Shown here one piece after another: positions 1 to 11,662 of a DNA stretch of 64,000 bases (position 1 is its first letter; every line of letters starts with the position of its first letter). The stretch covers positions 806,001 through 870,000 of the forward strand of contig OX597819.1 in assembly GCA_951406725.2 (NCBI GenBank), written 5' to 3'. The translations under genes and the position numbers were made by a program. The stretch is from Octopus vulgaris (lineage: Eukaryota). Under the pieces are notes generated by a model. The model did no database searches. It worked only from the letters and a program-made list of their open reading frames with translations, and had not been told where the DNA came from.

Positions 1-19
1 ATGTATGTATGTATCTATG

Positions 20-254
20 AGTGTGTGTGTGTGTTTGTGTCTGTGTTTATCCCCACTGCTGCTTGACAACCAGTGTTGGTGTGTTAATGTCTCTGTAACT
101 TAGCTGTTTGGCAAAAGAGACCACTAGAATAATTACTAAACTTAAAAAAGAATAAGTCCTGGAGTCGATTTGTTCAACTAAAACCCTTCAAGGCAGTGCC
201 CCAGCATGGCCACAGTCCAATGACTGAAACAAGTGAAAGATAAAAGATAAAAGA
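20..254 (+). mobile_element. SINE family A, 3' part
   Basis: GCTTGACAAC..GTAACTTAGC..CCAGCATGGCCACAGTCCAATGACTGAAACAAGT plus (AAAGAT)n tail; same sequence recurs at about 41530, 58450 (+) and 35590, 55925 (-). Confidence 0.75.
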
Positions 255-1375
255 TCAGTTGAAACAAACAAAGTGCACGTCAACAGAAATATGGTAGCAA
301 AAGGGTTAAACCACTTTATTTGTTGTATCAGGAAATAAACTAATTGATCATAATGGAATTATTTTAAAAATTAAGGAACAAAATGTATATTAGTACTTCA
401 AATGAAAGTAATGTTACTTATTTTACATTATTATGATAGATACTGACATCACCTAAACTTCAGATAGGATAAAGTACCGTGTTAGGTTCTATTAATTGAC
501 AATAAGGACACGTATAACGTTTATGATCTGTTTAGATGGCTTGCTAGATGTAGCTGATAGTTTTTGTTGTTGGTGGAGGCTGTTGTGGAAACATAATAAC
601 TGGAATAAAGTAAAGGAGAGGAGATGTTCAGGGAATAGATTTTTACAAATGTTGTAACAAAGGGTTATCGTTATGGATGCTTTAAGGGGGAAAAAAGTCA
701 TATTCCACAAGGTAACTTAAAGATATACTAGATCACTTACGCTACTTTTTGTGTAATTTTTTCTGATTAGCTATTTTAGTAGCCAATCTGATAAAAACAG
801 AAGTAAATTCTAATATCATATAACAGTCCTGTACACAACAAAGGAAGTAGGACATTAAAAAAAAAATAGATAAAAATATCAAAGGAAATAAACCATAGGG
901 AAACAGAAAATTGGTAAACATTTGTATCCAACACAAACTAAGTAATCAAGTAGTAAAACAATATTCAAAATAATTAGTACAGTGCTGCCACCACCACCAG
1001 TGCCAAATTTCCTTCCACTTCCATCACCAACAATAATAGCCATACCACATCATATGTTGATCATGGCTTCAAGCCCTCTCTTCGGGCATCAGAAAATCAA
1101 TAGTGAAATAAAAGAAAAAAACACTCAGTGCCTGATAAAACTTGCACCTAAACCACGGATGGATCTCTATAATATCTGCAACTAATCAGCTTAAACTGCC
1201 AAATGAAGCTGCAACCCCCAAACCCTTTATGTCATTTGGCACAGCCTCAAACATTTTAGAAAGATTTATTCTTGATACCACAAACACTCATCTTGGCATC
1301 ATCATCCTTGTCATCAACATTATCATTACCATTGCTGCTGCCACCAACATCACCTCCACCACTGCCACCACCACC

Positions 1376-2424
1376 AGATGAGGCCAAATCAGGAGAATAG
1401 GGTGGGTGATCAACCAATTCAAAGCCACAGTCATGCACAGCATGAAGATTTGTGATGAAGAAATGAAGATTTGTGTGCTGGAGCATTGTCCTGATGAAAC
1501 AAAACTCTTTTGTCAGGTTTCCTGGGCATTTGGTCTTGATAGCCTTTCGTAACTGCCTCAGCGAGTTGGCATAGTATTCTCCATTGATAGTGAGACTCCA
1601 TTGATAGTGAGACTCTTTTGAAGATAGTCAATAAACACAATGCCTCTTACATCCCAAAACCTGAAGCTATCACCTTCCCTGCAGATGAGATGAACTGGCC
1701 TTCTTTGGATCTGATGAGGAATGATGTTTCTACTGCATGGATTGTTCTTAGTTTCTGGCTCAAAGTGATGAAACCAACACTCATACTGAGTTAGGAAACG
1801 TTCGAAGAAACCACCTGGATCTGCCTTAAACAACATCAGATTTTCCCATGATATGATCAGGTTGTTATGCTTTTGATCAGTTGTGAGATGTGGCACCCAT
1901 CAAACAGAAACCTTTGTCATGCCAAGTACACTGTGCAGAATATTCTCAACTCTCTCATGGGATATGTTAATACTATTGGCTATTTGATTTATTGCCAATC
2001 ACCTCTCATCCATCAGCATGTGGTGAACATGATCAATGTTTTCCTCAGTGATGGCAGTTGTCGGATGTCCAGATCTTGGGTGATCTTCAAGACTCTCTCT
2101 TCCTTTTCTAAATTGGGCTGCTTGCTTTTACACTGTTGATAAAGTTGGAGTGTCACCCTCTAAAGTAGCAACCATGTCAGCATGAATGTTGTAGAAAGTT
2201 AAACCTTTTTCTGCAGGTACTTGATAACAATATGATGCAAAATTTTGTCCATTTTCAAGAGAAGATGTTACTAGTTAGTTTTGAAGTCTTCTTTGAAGAG
2301 CTAGTTTATCTGGAATGAAATAATGCAGATATTAAGAAGAGATGAAATTAATGCTTGCAAGGTTTCCCAGCTCTAGCCTCACTCTTTCATAGTCAGCTTA
2401 TGAACTTTTCAGCCCAACCTCATA
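1376..2424 (-). mobile_element. Decayed mariner (DD34D-type) transposon, 3'-truncated
   Basis: Frameshifted ORF pieces TQYECWFHHFEPETK, VLFHQDNAPAH and HPPYSPDLAS; TIR-like TATGAGGTTGGGCTGAAAAGTTCAT on the minus strand at about 2400-2424. Confidence 0.85.
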
Positions 2425-3489
2425 TATATGATGGGCTTCTTTCAGTTTCATCAACCAAATTCCCTCACAAGACTTGTGAGTAGATTTACTTGGCTATAGT
2501 AGAAGATACCTGCCCAAGTTGCTACAGGGTAGGGCTGAACCTGAAACCATGAGACAAACAAACATAAAATATGCACAATTTTAATTACTATTGACATCAT
2601 TAAAATGTTTGACTCTGTTCCGCACTACACATTTCTATACTACAGCAGCAAGTTCTAAGAACCTCATCTTTCCCCTTCAGTTCAAACAAATGTAATACAT
2701 ACAGCAGTAACATTAACTCCAAGTACTGAATTGAGCTATGCCTCACTACAGGGAAGTAGCAATTGCTATGTTCACATTAAGTTCATTTTGCTTGCCTTCA
2801 TTGTGGTCACCAGCAGATATAAAGCCCCAGACTGGGCAGTGGAGAGTTTACAGTATGGTCTAACTGTCCATACTGCACTATATACACTCCTTTTGATCGA
2901 GATATGACATATCTGAAGTTACACACTAGTAGATTGCATCTAGTAGTTCAACCAACTACCTCTGTACCACAGCTTGGTTGGTTTTGAGTTGATCTGGGAC
3001 ATAGGTTTGCTAGTTCAAGGCTGATCTGGGGCACCTAGTACTTGATCCAGTATCCCCATGTACCATAGCTACACTCAATCTAGGTTGAGAAATATAAAAA
3101 CACAGGTTTACTTTTTTTTTCATGTAAACAACAAAGTGTGTAATATTGACTTCAAATTTTGGCATAAGGCCAGTAATTTGGGGAGAGGCCAACAGTTTTG
3201 ATCACATCAACTCCAGTGCTCAACATGTGTATTCCCTCACCTATTCTCATCACCCCTACCCAATGATACTTGAGGGCATGTCCCAACATATTTTAATCAT
3301 TATCTCTCTCACTATCACTTTTTTTACCTTACTCTCTAACTCACTCTCCTTCCTCTCCTTCCTGGTGTATCCATGTATCTACTCTACAGCAAGACACCTA
3401 CCTCTATCCCTTTATATGTTTAATCTCTCAACTGGCACTAAGCTATACCCCATCAGTTGAGGGTTTTTTGTCTTACAAGGTACATGGTG

Positions 3490-3697
3490 ACTCTGTTGGT
3501 GCTGGTGCCATATAAAAAGCATCCAGTACACTCTGTAAAGTGGTTGGCTTTAGGAAGGGCATCCAGCGTAGAAAGCATGGCAAAACAGACAATGGAACCT
3601 AGTGGGGATACCAGCCAGTTCTTGTCAAACCATCCAATATATGTCAGCATAGAAAACGGACATTAAATGATGATGATTATGATGATGATGATGATAT
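3490..3697 (+). mobile_element. SINE or short retrocopy carrying the RTE 3' tail
   Basis: GTGGTTGGCTTTAGGAAGGGCATCCAGC..CAGCATAGAAAACGGACATTAAATGATGAT matches the RTE 3' end at 12760-12908. Confidence 0.7.
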
Positions 3698-4404
3698 TCA
3701 AACCATGCTAGCATAGAAACACAGATGTCAACGTGCTGCTGCTGCTGCTGATGATGATGATGATACTGCCACTGAGGATGATTTACGATAAAACAAATTC
3801 TAAAATTAATCTCAAATGATAAATATTTATCAGATCATTACAAAATTGATATATTTTTGGGGTGGAGCAAACAGAATTTCATAAAGAGGAAAAAATAGAT
3901 TGAAAGAGAGGTAAAAAAATAATAATAACTTTAGAAAAATATAAAATTATTAAATATATGAGTTGTGGGATGAGAAAATGACTGTCTAAAAGGTATAAAG
4001 AAGATAGAATGCATAGGAAAAACATGTAGATTGTAAGAAAGGCATGAATGGAAAGAGAGAAGCAGATTGTGTGAAGCATAACATAAATGGTTCCATTTGA
4101 GTATAGTTTTGTGTTAAGAGGGCAGAAAAGCTGAAATTGATGAGGAAAACAAATAAAGAAAAATAATGATAATAGCAGAATGTTAAAAATGAATTAATTA
4201 GAAGTGGGAGAGCAAAGAGAAAACTACTATTACAAAAGCCTGTTAGAATGTAAGTGAGAATGATGGTAGAAAATATAGAATTAAAGAAAATATTCAACAG
4301 CTAAAATTATATGAGTTGCAATGATAACAACCATAATAATACCATCAACAACATCAACATCACTGATGGCAGTGCTAGTAGGGTGTTGGTCTTGTGAGGG
4401 TAAT

Positions 4405-4452
4405 GGTGGTGGTGGTAGTAGTAGTAGTGGTGGTGGTGGTGGTGGTGGTGGT

Positions 4453-4493
<41 letters not shown>

Positions 4494-4495
4494 TA
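4405..4495. repeat. Compound (GGT)n(AGT)n(AGC)n microsatellite
   Basis: Directly visible. Confidence 0.95.
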
Positions 4496-5056
4496 AATTA
4501 AAAATGAAATGATGTCAAATGAGAGAAAAAGGTAGAAAGTAGACTTATATTTATAGAAATGATTAATGTAATAAGTGTGTAATAGTTCTGAGCTTGAATA
4601 GAAAAAAGAAAGAAAGGTAGAAGGAAAGAAAGAAAAAGTTTGATTTAAATAGGAATAAAAAAAGGAAAGAAAGTAATGGCTGTTGTGAAAGGATGAAGAC
4701 AAAAATGCGAACGAGTGAAAAGTGGAGTAAGAAAGACTAAGAGAAAAAAAGTGGAAGAGTTGTTAATAGAAGTAAAAAAAAAAGAAAAAGAATTATTAAA
4801 AGAAGAGAAATAAAGAAAATGAGAGGAATAGGTTGATAAGAAAGTAAGAAATGTGAAAATGAACAGATTGATGTTGCTAAGGAGGTGAAGAAAAAATGAA
4901 ACATTTAAAGAGATAAATAATATATATGTACATATATATAGAGAGAAATTCAGACGAATGAAGATATAACGATATTTAAAGAGGGGAACTGAATTCTGTC
5001 ATAATTTAACACGTGTCTTCTGTGCATGGGTTGGAATATATATATATTTATATATA

Positions 5057-5214
5057 CTTTATTTTAAGCAGCAGAAAATTCAACAAAATCTGTTACTCTG
5101 AGTTTCTCGTTGCCGTTCATCAGACAGTTTTTGCTAGCAAAAACTGTCTGATGAACGGCAACGAGAAACTCAGAGTAACAGATTTTGTTGAATTTTCTGC
5201 TGCTTAAAATAAAG
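5057..5214. repeat. Perfect 158-bp spacer-less palindrome (inverted PLE pseudo-LTR end)
   Basis: Centre TTGCT|AGCAA at 5135/5136; arms complementary base by base out to 5057/5214; (TA)n on both sides. Confidence 0.95.
5138..5186 (+). ncRNA. Minimal type I hammerhead ribozyme (mirror copy on the minus strand at 5085-5133)
   Basis: CAAAAACTGT-CTGATGA-A.CG(GCAA)CG.A-GAAA-CTC(A)GAG-TA-ACAGATTTTG; stem I 9 of 10 bp, GNRA-capped stem II, palindromic stem III, GUA site. Confidence 0.75.
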
Positions 5215-5564
5215 CATATTACTCTACCACTGGTATTTGAGTACTCTTTTTTTTCCACCTTGTTTCACATTTATGTGTTTACTCCGGTATATTTATATAT
5301 ATATATATCGTGTTTTGTTTGACACAGCATCCAACTCTAAAACATTAGTCCCAACTGAACCAGGAAGAAAGATCTTCTTTGCAGTTGAGAGATCAGTCGA
5401 CCTGTTTCTTCAATAAATAATATTTAAAAAAGGGACCCTACAATTGCAATCTCCTATATTTCAACATAATCTTTGAAACAACAACAACATAGGTGGGAGG
5501 CAGCTTTCAGAATATTGAGAAAAGGCTGAAGTTCAATGTTAATTTACATGTTTTATATCAGTTA

Positions 5565-5955
5565 CTAGCAGTATCGCCCGGCGTTGCTCGGGTTTGTTTC
5601 GACCCGCTGGAATTGGAATTTTTGAAAAGTAAAAATTTTGCATTATGTAGCTTGTTATTCTCTTCAAGTGAACATTTTTCTGGTTGAAATACACCGAAAA
5701 GTGGCGACACAGCAGTGAAAAAATCATAAAAAATATGGATTTTCATAGAAAAAAGCACCTTTTTGATGTAAATAATTTTTGGTGTTAACATGGTCCGATT
5801 TGAATTTTATCTTCTACGGAAGGAAGAGCAACCCTTCTTCTATCATACTCTTAATTTTGGTCAACTTGCGCCGCAGGGTCTCAGAGGAGATAGTGTTAGT
5901 TGAAGGCTACCAAAGCTGGCACACACAGACAACTTCAGCTTTATATAGAGAGAGA
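5565..5955 (-). mobile_element. Non-autonomous Helitron
   Basis: Minus strand starts 5'-TC, ends with hairpin CCCGAGCAACGCCGGG then CTAG-3', inserted between A and T, no TSD. Confidence 0.8.
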
Positions 5956-5956
5956 T

Positions 5957-6170
5957 AACACACACACATTAATACACATACATACACACACACACACACA
6001 CATGTATGTATGTATGGATGTATGTATGTATATATGTACATCTGTCCACTTCTTGCTATATTTTTATCCTTCATTTCCTACACACACACACACACACACT
6101 TACACACACACAGACACAGACACACACACACACATACACACACACGCACGCGCACACACACACACACACC
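5957..6170. repeat. (CA)n/(TATG)n microsatellites
   Basis: Directly visible. Confidence 0.9.
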
Positions 6171-7730
6171 TTCTTAGCTTACAATTTCTTTCTTTCAACA
6201 ATTGACAACTGAAGTACGCTTGCAAATTTATACTACGAAAACTTAGTGACAGAAAGTAAATTAAAAACCAATCGTAAAATATTGAGTTTTCTCGAATTTT
6301 TGCTTAATTGGGGGTCAAATTGAAAGAAATTTCAATGCCATGACCCAGTGGAATGTACTTCCAAAAATGACAGGTAAATTCCAATTGAAGAAATTGTGTG
6401 AGGTGTAAATCGTTATGTATTTATTTGTTTCTGTTTCCTGTGTATTTTTTTTGAGTAGTGGTTTAAGGTACACTTGCAAAGAGAAAGTAGGAGGAAGTGT
6501 GGTAATAGAAGGAGTGAAGCAGTTGATATGAGAGAGGCAATTGGGGTCAAATTGAAAAAAATTGATATGCCATGACCCAATCGAATCCACTTCGAAAAAT
6601 CATAGGTAAATTCCAATTGAAGAAATTCTATATTGTACAATTGTATTAAAAACAAAGTATGTCAGAGACAGAGAAAATCTGCCTTTTATCATAAGAGATG
6701 CTGGTTGCAAGACCTAGAGATTGTTTCTAGGCATGCTGTAAGCTCTGTCACTCCATGCCATTTCATGCCATTGTTATTGTCATCATCGTCATCAACCATC
6801 AACCATCCATCCCATCTAACTGAAAACATCTGTTTTTAATACAGCTACAGATGTTTTCTTTTCCCCTCATAATTGATGTTATCAATGAACTCATTTCCTG
6901 TTTTAATATAAAATGCAAAACACAGAACATACTTGAAATATAAAATATAAAATCTCGCTTCTTCCGTTTGCCAAAGGTCACCAATTTCTGAAGAGAATTA
7001 TAGGTATGATAGGTGGTACTTATTCTACCTGCTCCCTATCCTGGCAAAGTCAACCCAAAGTCTTCCCGCCCACCTCTGTTTGTCTGCACTACTTTAACAA
7101 TTATAACAATAGACATGAAGATCCTATACAAGTAGAGATTCAAAATAATGTCAGCATAACCAATGAGTCAGAAGTCTTATTCCTTGCCAACTATTCTGCA
7201 CATCTCAACATCGATGGTTTCTTAATGGGATATGAAACCAAAGTTATATAAAATCATAAATGTTGGTCATAGATTCAACGGATTACAAATTCACTGTTCC
7301 TAATTTTAAGAATAATTTATGTTAGCATATGTTTGTAGATGCTGACTTGCATGTTTAATTGTAATATGTTTTGGTAGATTTGAATGTGAATATGCTAATT
7401 AAATTACTGTTGTGGTTCATTGCAGAACAACTCCTATATGACAAATATTTTCACAACACACTCTATTCATTACTGCAAAGCAGTCTGGGACAGTTGGTGT
7501 TTTAATACCACAGGGTTCCCTCAGCCAGAGGCTACTGGATTAATGAATCTAATAAACGACAAAGCTCTTGTTAATAAATTATTATTAGTTGGCAGATATC
7601 AGAACAGATCAGTGAACTAACTGTCTGCCTGATCTGGGCTGATGTCTACCAACTGATAACAAATTGTCATATCATTGTTTTGATTCTTGCTGTTTCCCAA
7701 GTATACGACAATTTATTATATGTACAGAAT

Positions 7731-7816
7731 ATATCCAATATGAAGCTAGGACAAAGCTAATTCAAATGAATACTAAGTACAGGTGTTGGATGGACACACA
7801 CACACACACACACACA
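7731..7816 (+). mobile_element. 3' UTR fragment of the second R4/Dong-like LINE family ending in (CA)n
   Basis: Near-identical to 25847-25915, which follows the decayed RLE ORF end. Confidence 0.65.
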
Positions 7817-7908
7817 GAGTAAGTTGGATGGAACAGTTTGCATATCATATTGCATTATTCTTGGCAGCTAGTTCAGTGTTCGCTAAAAATCTATAGATAT
7901 AGCCAGTA

Positions 7909-8271
7909 CGGTACTTTTTGGTTATCTCACTTCCATTAAAAAACTGGATTATCTCCCCACAAAACCATTGAGTTTACTTGGTGACAAGAGATTGGATTAA
8001 AAGAATTCGATCCTTTTGATTCAGTACTTCAACACATTGTTGGCATTTGGCCTCCTCAATAGGCATGGAATGATTTGTTATAAAAATGTTATCAGATTCA
8101 GTAAGATATTTAACTTTTTGGGTTTTCATGTTTATTAATCTTTTCAGTTTTGTATGATTTGTTATAAAAATATCAGATTCAATAAGATGTTTCATCTTTT
8201 CACTTTTGTTTTTGTAGTTGAGGGAGATAACCCAGTTTTGTTAATGGAGGTGAGATAACCAAAAAGTACTG
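7909..8271. mobile_element. MITE with about 55-bp imperfect TIRs, nested in a second inverted-repeat element (about 7851-8345)
   Basis: CGGTACTTTTTGGTTATCTCAC.. / ..GTGAGATAACCAAAAAGTACTG; flanks CCAGTA/CCAGTC; outer IR ATTCTTGGCAGCTAGTTCA / TGAACTAGTTGCCAAGAAT. Confidence 0.7.
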
Positions 8272-9687
8272 CCAGTCCTACAGAAAAAAAAAACACTATT
8301 GACACACAATAATTTCTCTATTGAACTAGTTGCCAAGAATGTATTATAATATTCCAATTATTTTTCTGATTTACTCAAACCTTATGTAGATTGGGGGTTA
8401 TAATCCATGCCTCTGTAAACAGTTAAAGTGGATTCTCTTTGGGTCAGATGAAATCCCTACACAAGATTGAAACTATTTTGACTGATCCCTCTTTTGTAAC
8501 CCACAAAGCTATTATGTACGAGAACCAAGTGGCTACATTTGTTTATCTATTGCTATATTCTTTACTACAGTAGAGCATGTAAATATTTATATATTAATCA
8601 TTCATAATGTAGAACTTGAAAAATATTATCTCACTCATTGAAACATTACAAAATTGAGATTTCATCAGAGAAGAAAGATATACAGAGTTTGGTCTCAGAA
8701 CTATCAAAATTGAAAACTTGCCTAGTACATTGGGCAAGTGTCTTCTACTATAGTGGCTGGCTGATCAATGCTTTGTGAGAGAATTTAGTAGACAGAAAAT
8801 TGTGTATATATATATATATCAAAAGTGTGTGTTATAACACTATTCCACATATACAAAAACAGCAATACCAACAATCCAACACACCTCTATCATCAGCTGC
8901 CCCACAGATATCATTATGGTTTCAACACCTGGGCAGTACCATTCAATTCAGCAGTGTCAACAGCACTAAAATAAGTGTTGTTTGGGAACAAACATCTCAA
9001 AGAAATGACAACTTTCAAACACATTTATCCTATGTACAACAATATTGGTAAATAAATTCTATAAGTAAATCAATAACCAGCTTCTAAATATGTATGTAAC
9101 TAAACAGCGACCAAACCTTTAAGTCATACATGTAGTCTTCCACAGTATAATATAAAAGTGAAAGCTTAATAACCACATTCATTCAATCTAATATAGGCAG
9201 GATTAAACACAAACTTTAAAATTAAACTGCAATAAAGAAACATCTGTATCAATACATCTGTATCGGTATTAATAGTAAACCTACAATAACTAAATTATAT
9301 ACTAAAAAGTAATAATCCCACCAGTCTTCCATTGTTACTACTATAATAAAAAAGTGAAAGCTTTATTTCAATTCTCTCTAAAACAAAACATGATTGAATA
9401 TAATTTAACGAATAATATAATAATTATAAAATAATACATTATTTCATAATTCAAAGGTTAATAATAAAAACACTACACGCTCATTAATATATATTACCCT
9501 TACAAGCTTTAATATAAATTTACCAATATATATATATATTTTATATGAAATATAAAGCCAAAAAGGAAAAATTTAGTCATCACTAATTGTAACTGAGGGT
9601 GTTGGTAGTAGCTGTATTGTTAGAAATAATAGTTTAAATCCTTAAATGACTGACAGGGGAGATAACCATCCCATAAGCAAAGCTAGA

Positions 9688-9739
9688 TCACTGAACTAGA
9701 TTAGTTTCACCAGTAAAATCGCAGGCTCGTCAGTAGTGA
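9688..9739 (-). ncRNA. Type I hammerhead ribozyme
   Basis: Minus strand TCACTA-CTGACGA-GCC..GGT-GAAA-CTA(ATC)TAG-TT-CAGTGA; complete core, stem I TCACT/AGTGA with one mismatch next to the core. Confidence 0.7.
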
Positions 9740-9893
9740 CTACTCCATCACTGAATTGTTTGGTGAAATCTAGACTGTCAGTATATATACTGTATATTTA
9801 TCAAATATATTTATGGGTGAGCGAAATGCTAATGTGAAAATTGCAAAATAATGTAGGCAGTCATTCACAATATAAAACCAAAAAAGGAAAATT

Positions 9894-10366
9894 CATAATG
9901 GAAGGCACGGTTTACAGTATCGGGAGGATATCACCTTCTCCCATTATATCTTGTTGTTTGTGTAGTTCAGGCTCCAGCAGGTGAAGAAAGAAGTCTTTAA
10001 GTACAAATGCAATTTACAACCAGTTTATTTACAAGTTTCACAGGACAGGTGAAGTGCGTTGCTCTCAGCAACCATCTGTGTGCATGGTGTTGTATCTCCA
10101 TTAGTACAGGCACATTACCTCTGGAGGTACAACGTGCAGACAGGCCCAGCCAGTGAAGTGTGCTCACCAAGTGCTGCTGTGAAGAAGCAGAGAGAGAGAA
10201 CGAGTCTGCTTCTGTTTTGTCCTTATATACAGTTTGCCATCACCAGCCTCGTTCTGATATTGTGCATGGCAAATGGATGAAGATGAGGTCTCGCTCCAGT
10301 TTCGGAGATGACAGTGGCTGCTGCAAGATCTCATCCAATATGGCGCTGACTGCTTGTGCCATTACA
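9894..10366 (-). mobile_element. Probable solo LTR (473 bp)
   Basis: 4-bp TSD AATT (9890-9893 and 10367-10370); minus strand TGTAATGG...CCATTATG termini; TATATAAGG then AATAAA in the right order; splits the duplicated unit cleanly. Confidence 0.6.
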
Positions 10367-10414
10367 AATTAAATCATCACTGATTGTGACTGACGGTGCT
10401 GGGTAGCACTTATA

Positions 10415-11662
10415 TTGTTAGAAATAAGAGTTAAAAGGGCTATTAGAGAAAAGAGACAGGCTTGGAAGGACTGGAAGAATGGTGGTAGCAGGGAATTGTA
10501 TCAGACTGCCAAAAGGGAAGCTAGGAGACAGGTCTATTTAGCCAGAGGGGAAGCGGATAAGAAAAAATTTGCCAATGTTCTGCGCCGTGAGGACCAAAGA
10601 CTTGAGGTGTTTCGTGTTGCAAGACAGTGTGTGAGAGAGAATCGTGATGTGGTAGGAGAGAAGTGTGTTTGCATGGAAGATGGTTCACTTGCGCTAAATG
10701 AGGATGCAAAGAGAGAGGTTTGGAGACGCCACTATGAAAGGTTGCTGAATAAAGAAAATGAATGGGATAAAGAGAGTCTGCCGAATGTTGACCCAACAGA
10801 GGGACCAGCTATCCAAGTTGACAGTTCCTTGGTAGTTAAGGCAATTAGAAGCATGAAGACAGGGAAAGCCCCAGGCCCATCAGGAATCACTGCAGAGATG
10901 CTCAAAATATCTGGTAGTGTCGGCTATAGCCTAGTCACCCGTATAGTTAATCAGGTGATACACGAAGGAGTCATACCCAATGACTGGTGTAGCAGCATAA
11001 TAGTCAACTGCTACAAAGGTAAAGGTAACGCTTTAGATACAAATAATTACAGAGGTATCAAGCTGTTGGATCAGGTAATGAAGGTTACGGAGAGGGTCAT
11101 AACCCAACTAATTAGAGAGAGAGTTAGTTTAGATGAGATGCAGTTTGGGTTCGTGCTAGGGAAAAGTACTACTGATGCTATATTCCTGGTAAGGCAGCTG
11201 CAGGAGAAATACCTAGCCAAAGATAAGCCCCTGTACCTGGCTTTTGTTGACATGGAGAAAGACTTTGACAGGGTCCCCCGATCCCTTATCTGGTGGTCAA
11301 TGAGGAAACTAGGGATAGATGAATGGTTAATGAGAGCTGTGCGAGCCATGTACAGGGATGCCGCTAGTAAGGTGAGGGTTGGCAATGAGTACAGTGAAGA
11401 ATTCCGGGTAGAGGTAGGGGTCCACCAAGGCTCAGTCCTCAGCCCCCTCCTATTTATCATAGTCCTCCAGGCAATAACGGAGGAATTCAAGACAGGATGC
11501 CCCTGGGAGCTCCTCTATGCTGATGATCCTGCTCTAATTGCTGAGTCACTATCAGAACTGGAGGAGAAGTTTCAGGTGTGGAAGCAAGGATTAGAATCGA
11601 AGGGCCTTAGAGTCAATCTAGCTAAAACCAAAGTCCTAATAATCACAAACGCCTTCAGGTAG
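10415..11662 (+). pseudogene. Non-LTR reverse transcriptase ORF (RTE); no endonuclease domain; frameshift near 11640
   Basis: KAPGPSGI, NYRGIKLL, QFGF, FVDMEKDFDRVPR, GVHQGSVLSPLLF and YADD motifs. Confidence 0.93.

Larger units (their letters stand above)
9551..10427 (-). mobile_element. Old retrozyme-like unit (about 320-nt period, 1.25 copies) interrupted by a solo LTR
   Basis: 9551-9629 is repeated, diverged, as 9871-9893 + 10371-10427; the unit holds a hammerhead and the shared GGGA..TCCC..TAAGGA motif. Confidence 0.6.

Noticed and set aside
4940-5036. Short insert between (TA)n tracts checked for a hammerhead (also 47897-48052)
   Set aside because: No CTGANGA/GAAA pair with supporting stems on either strand.
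5013-5258. Identical peptides on both strands
   Set aside because: A consequence of the palindrome.
7006-7251. ORF end faintly like a CUB-domain C-terminus
   Set aside because: Weak similarity, no convincing splice sites and no partner exons.
7420-7620. YCKAVWDSWC resembling a secretin-GPCR hormone-binding motif
   Set aside because: Spacing does not fit, no clear donor site, too short to support.
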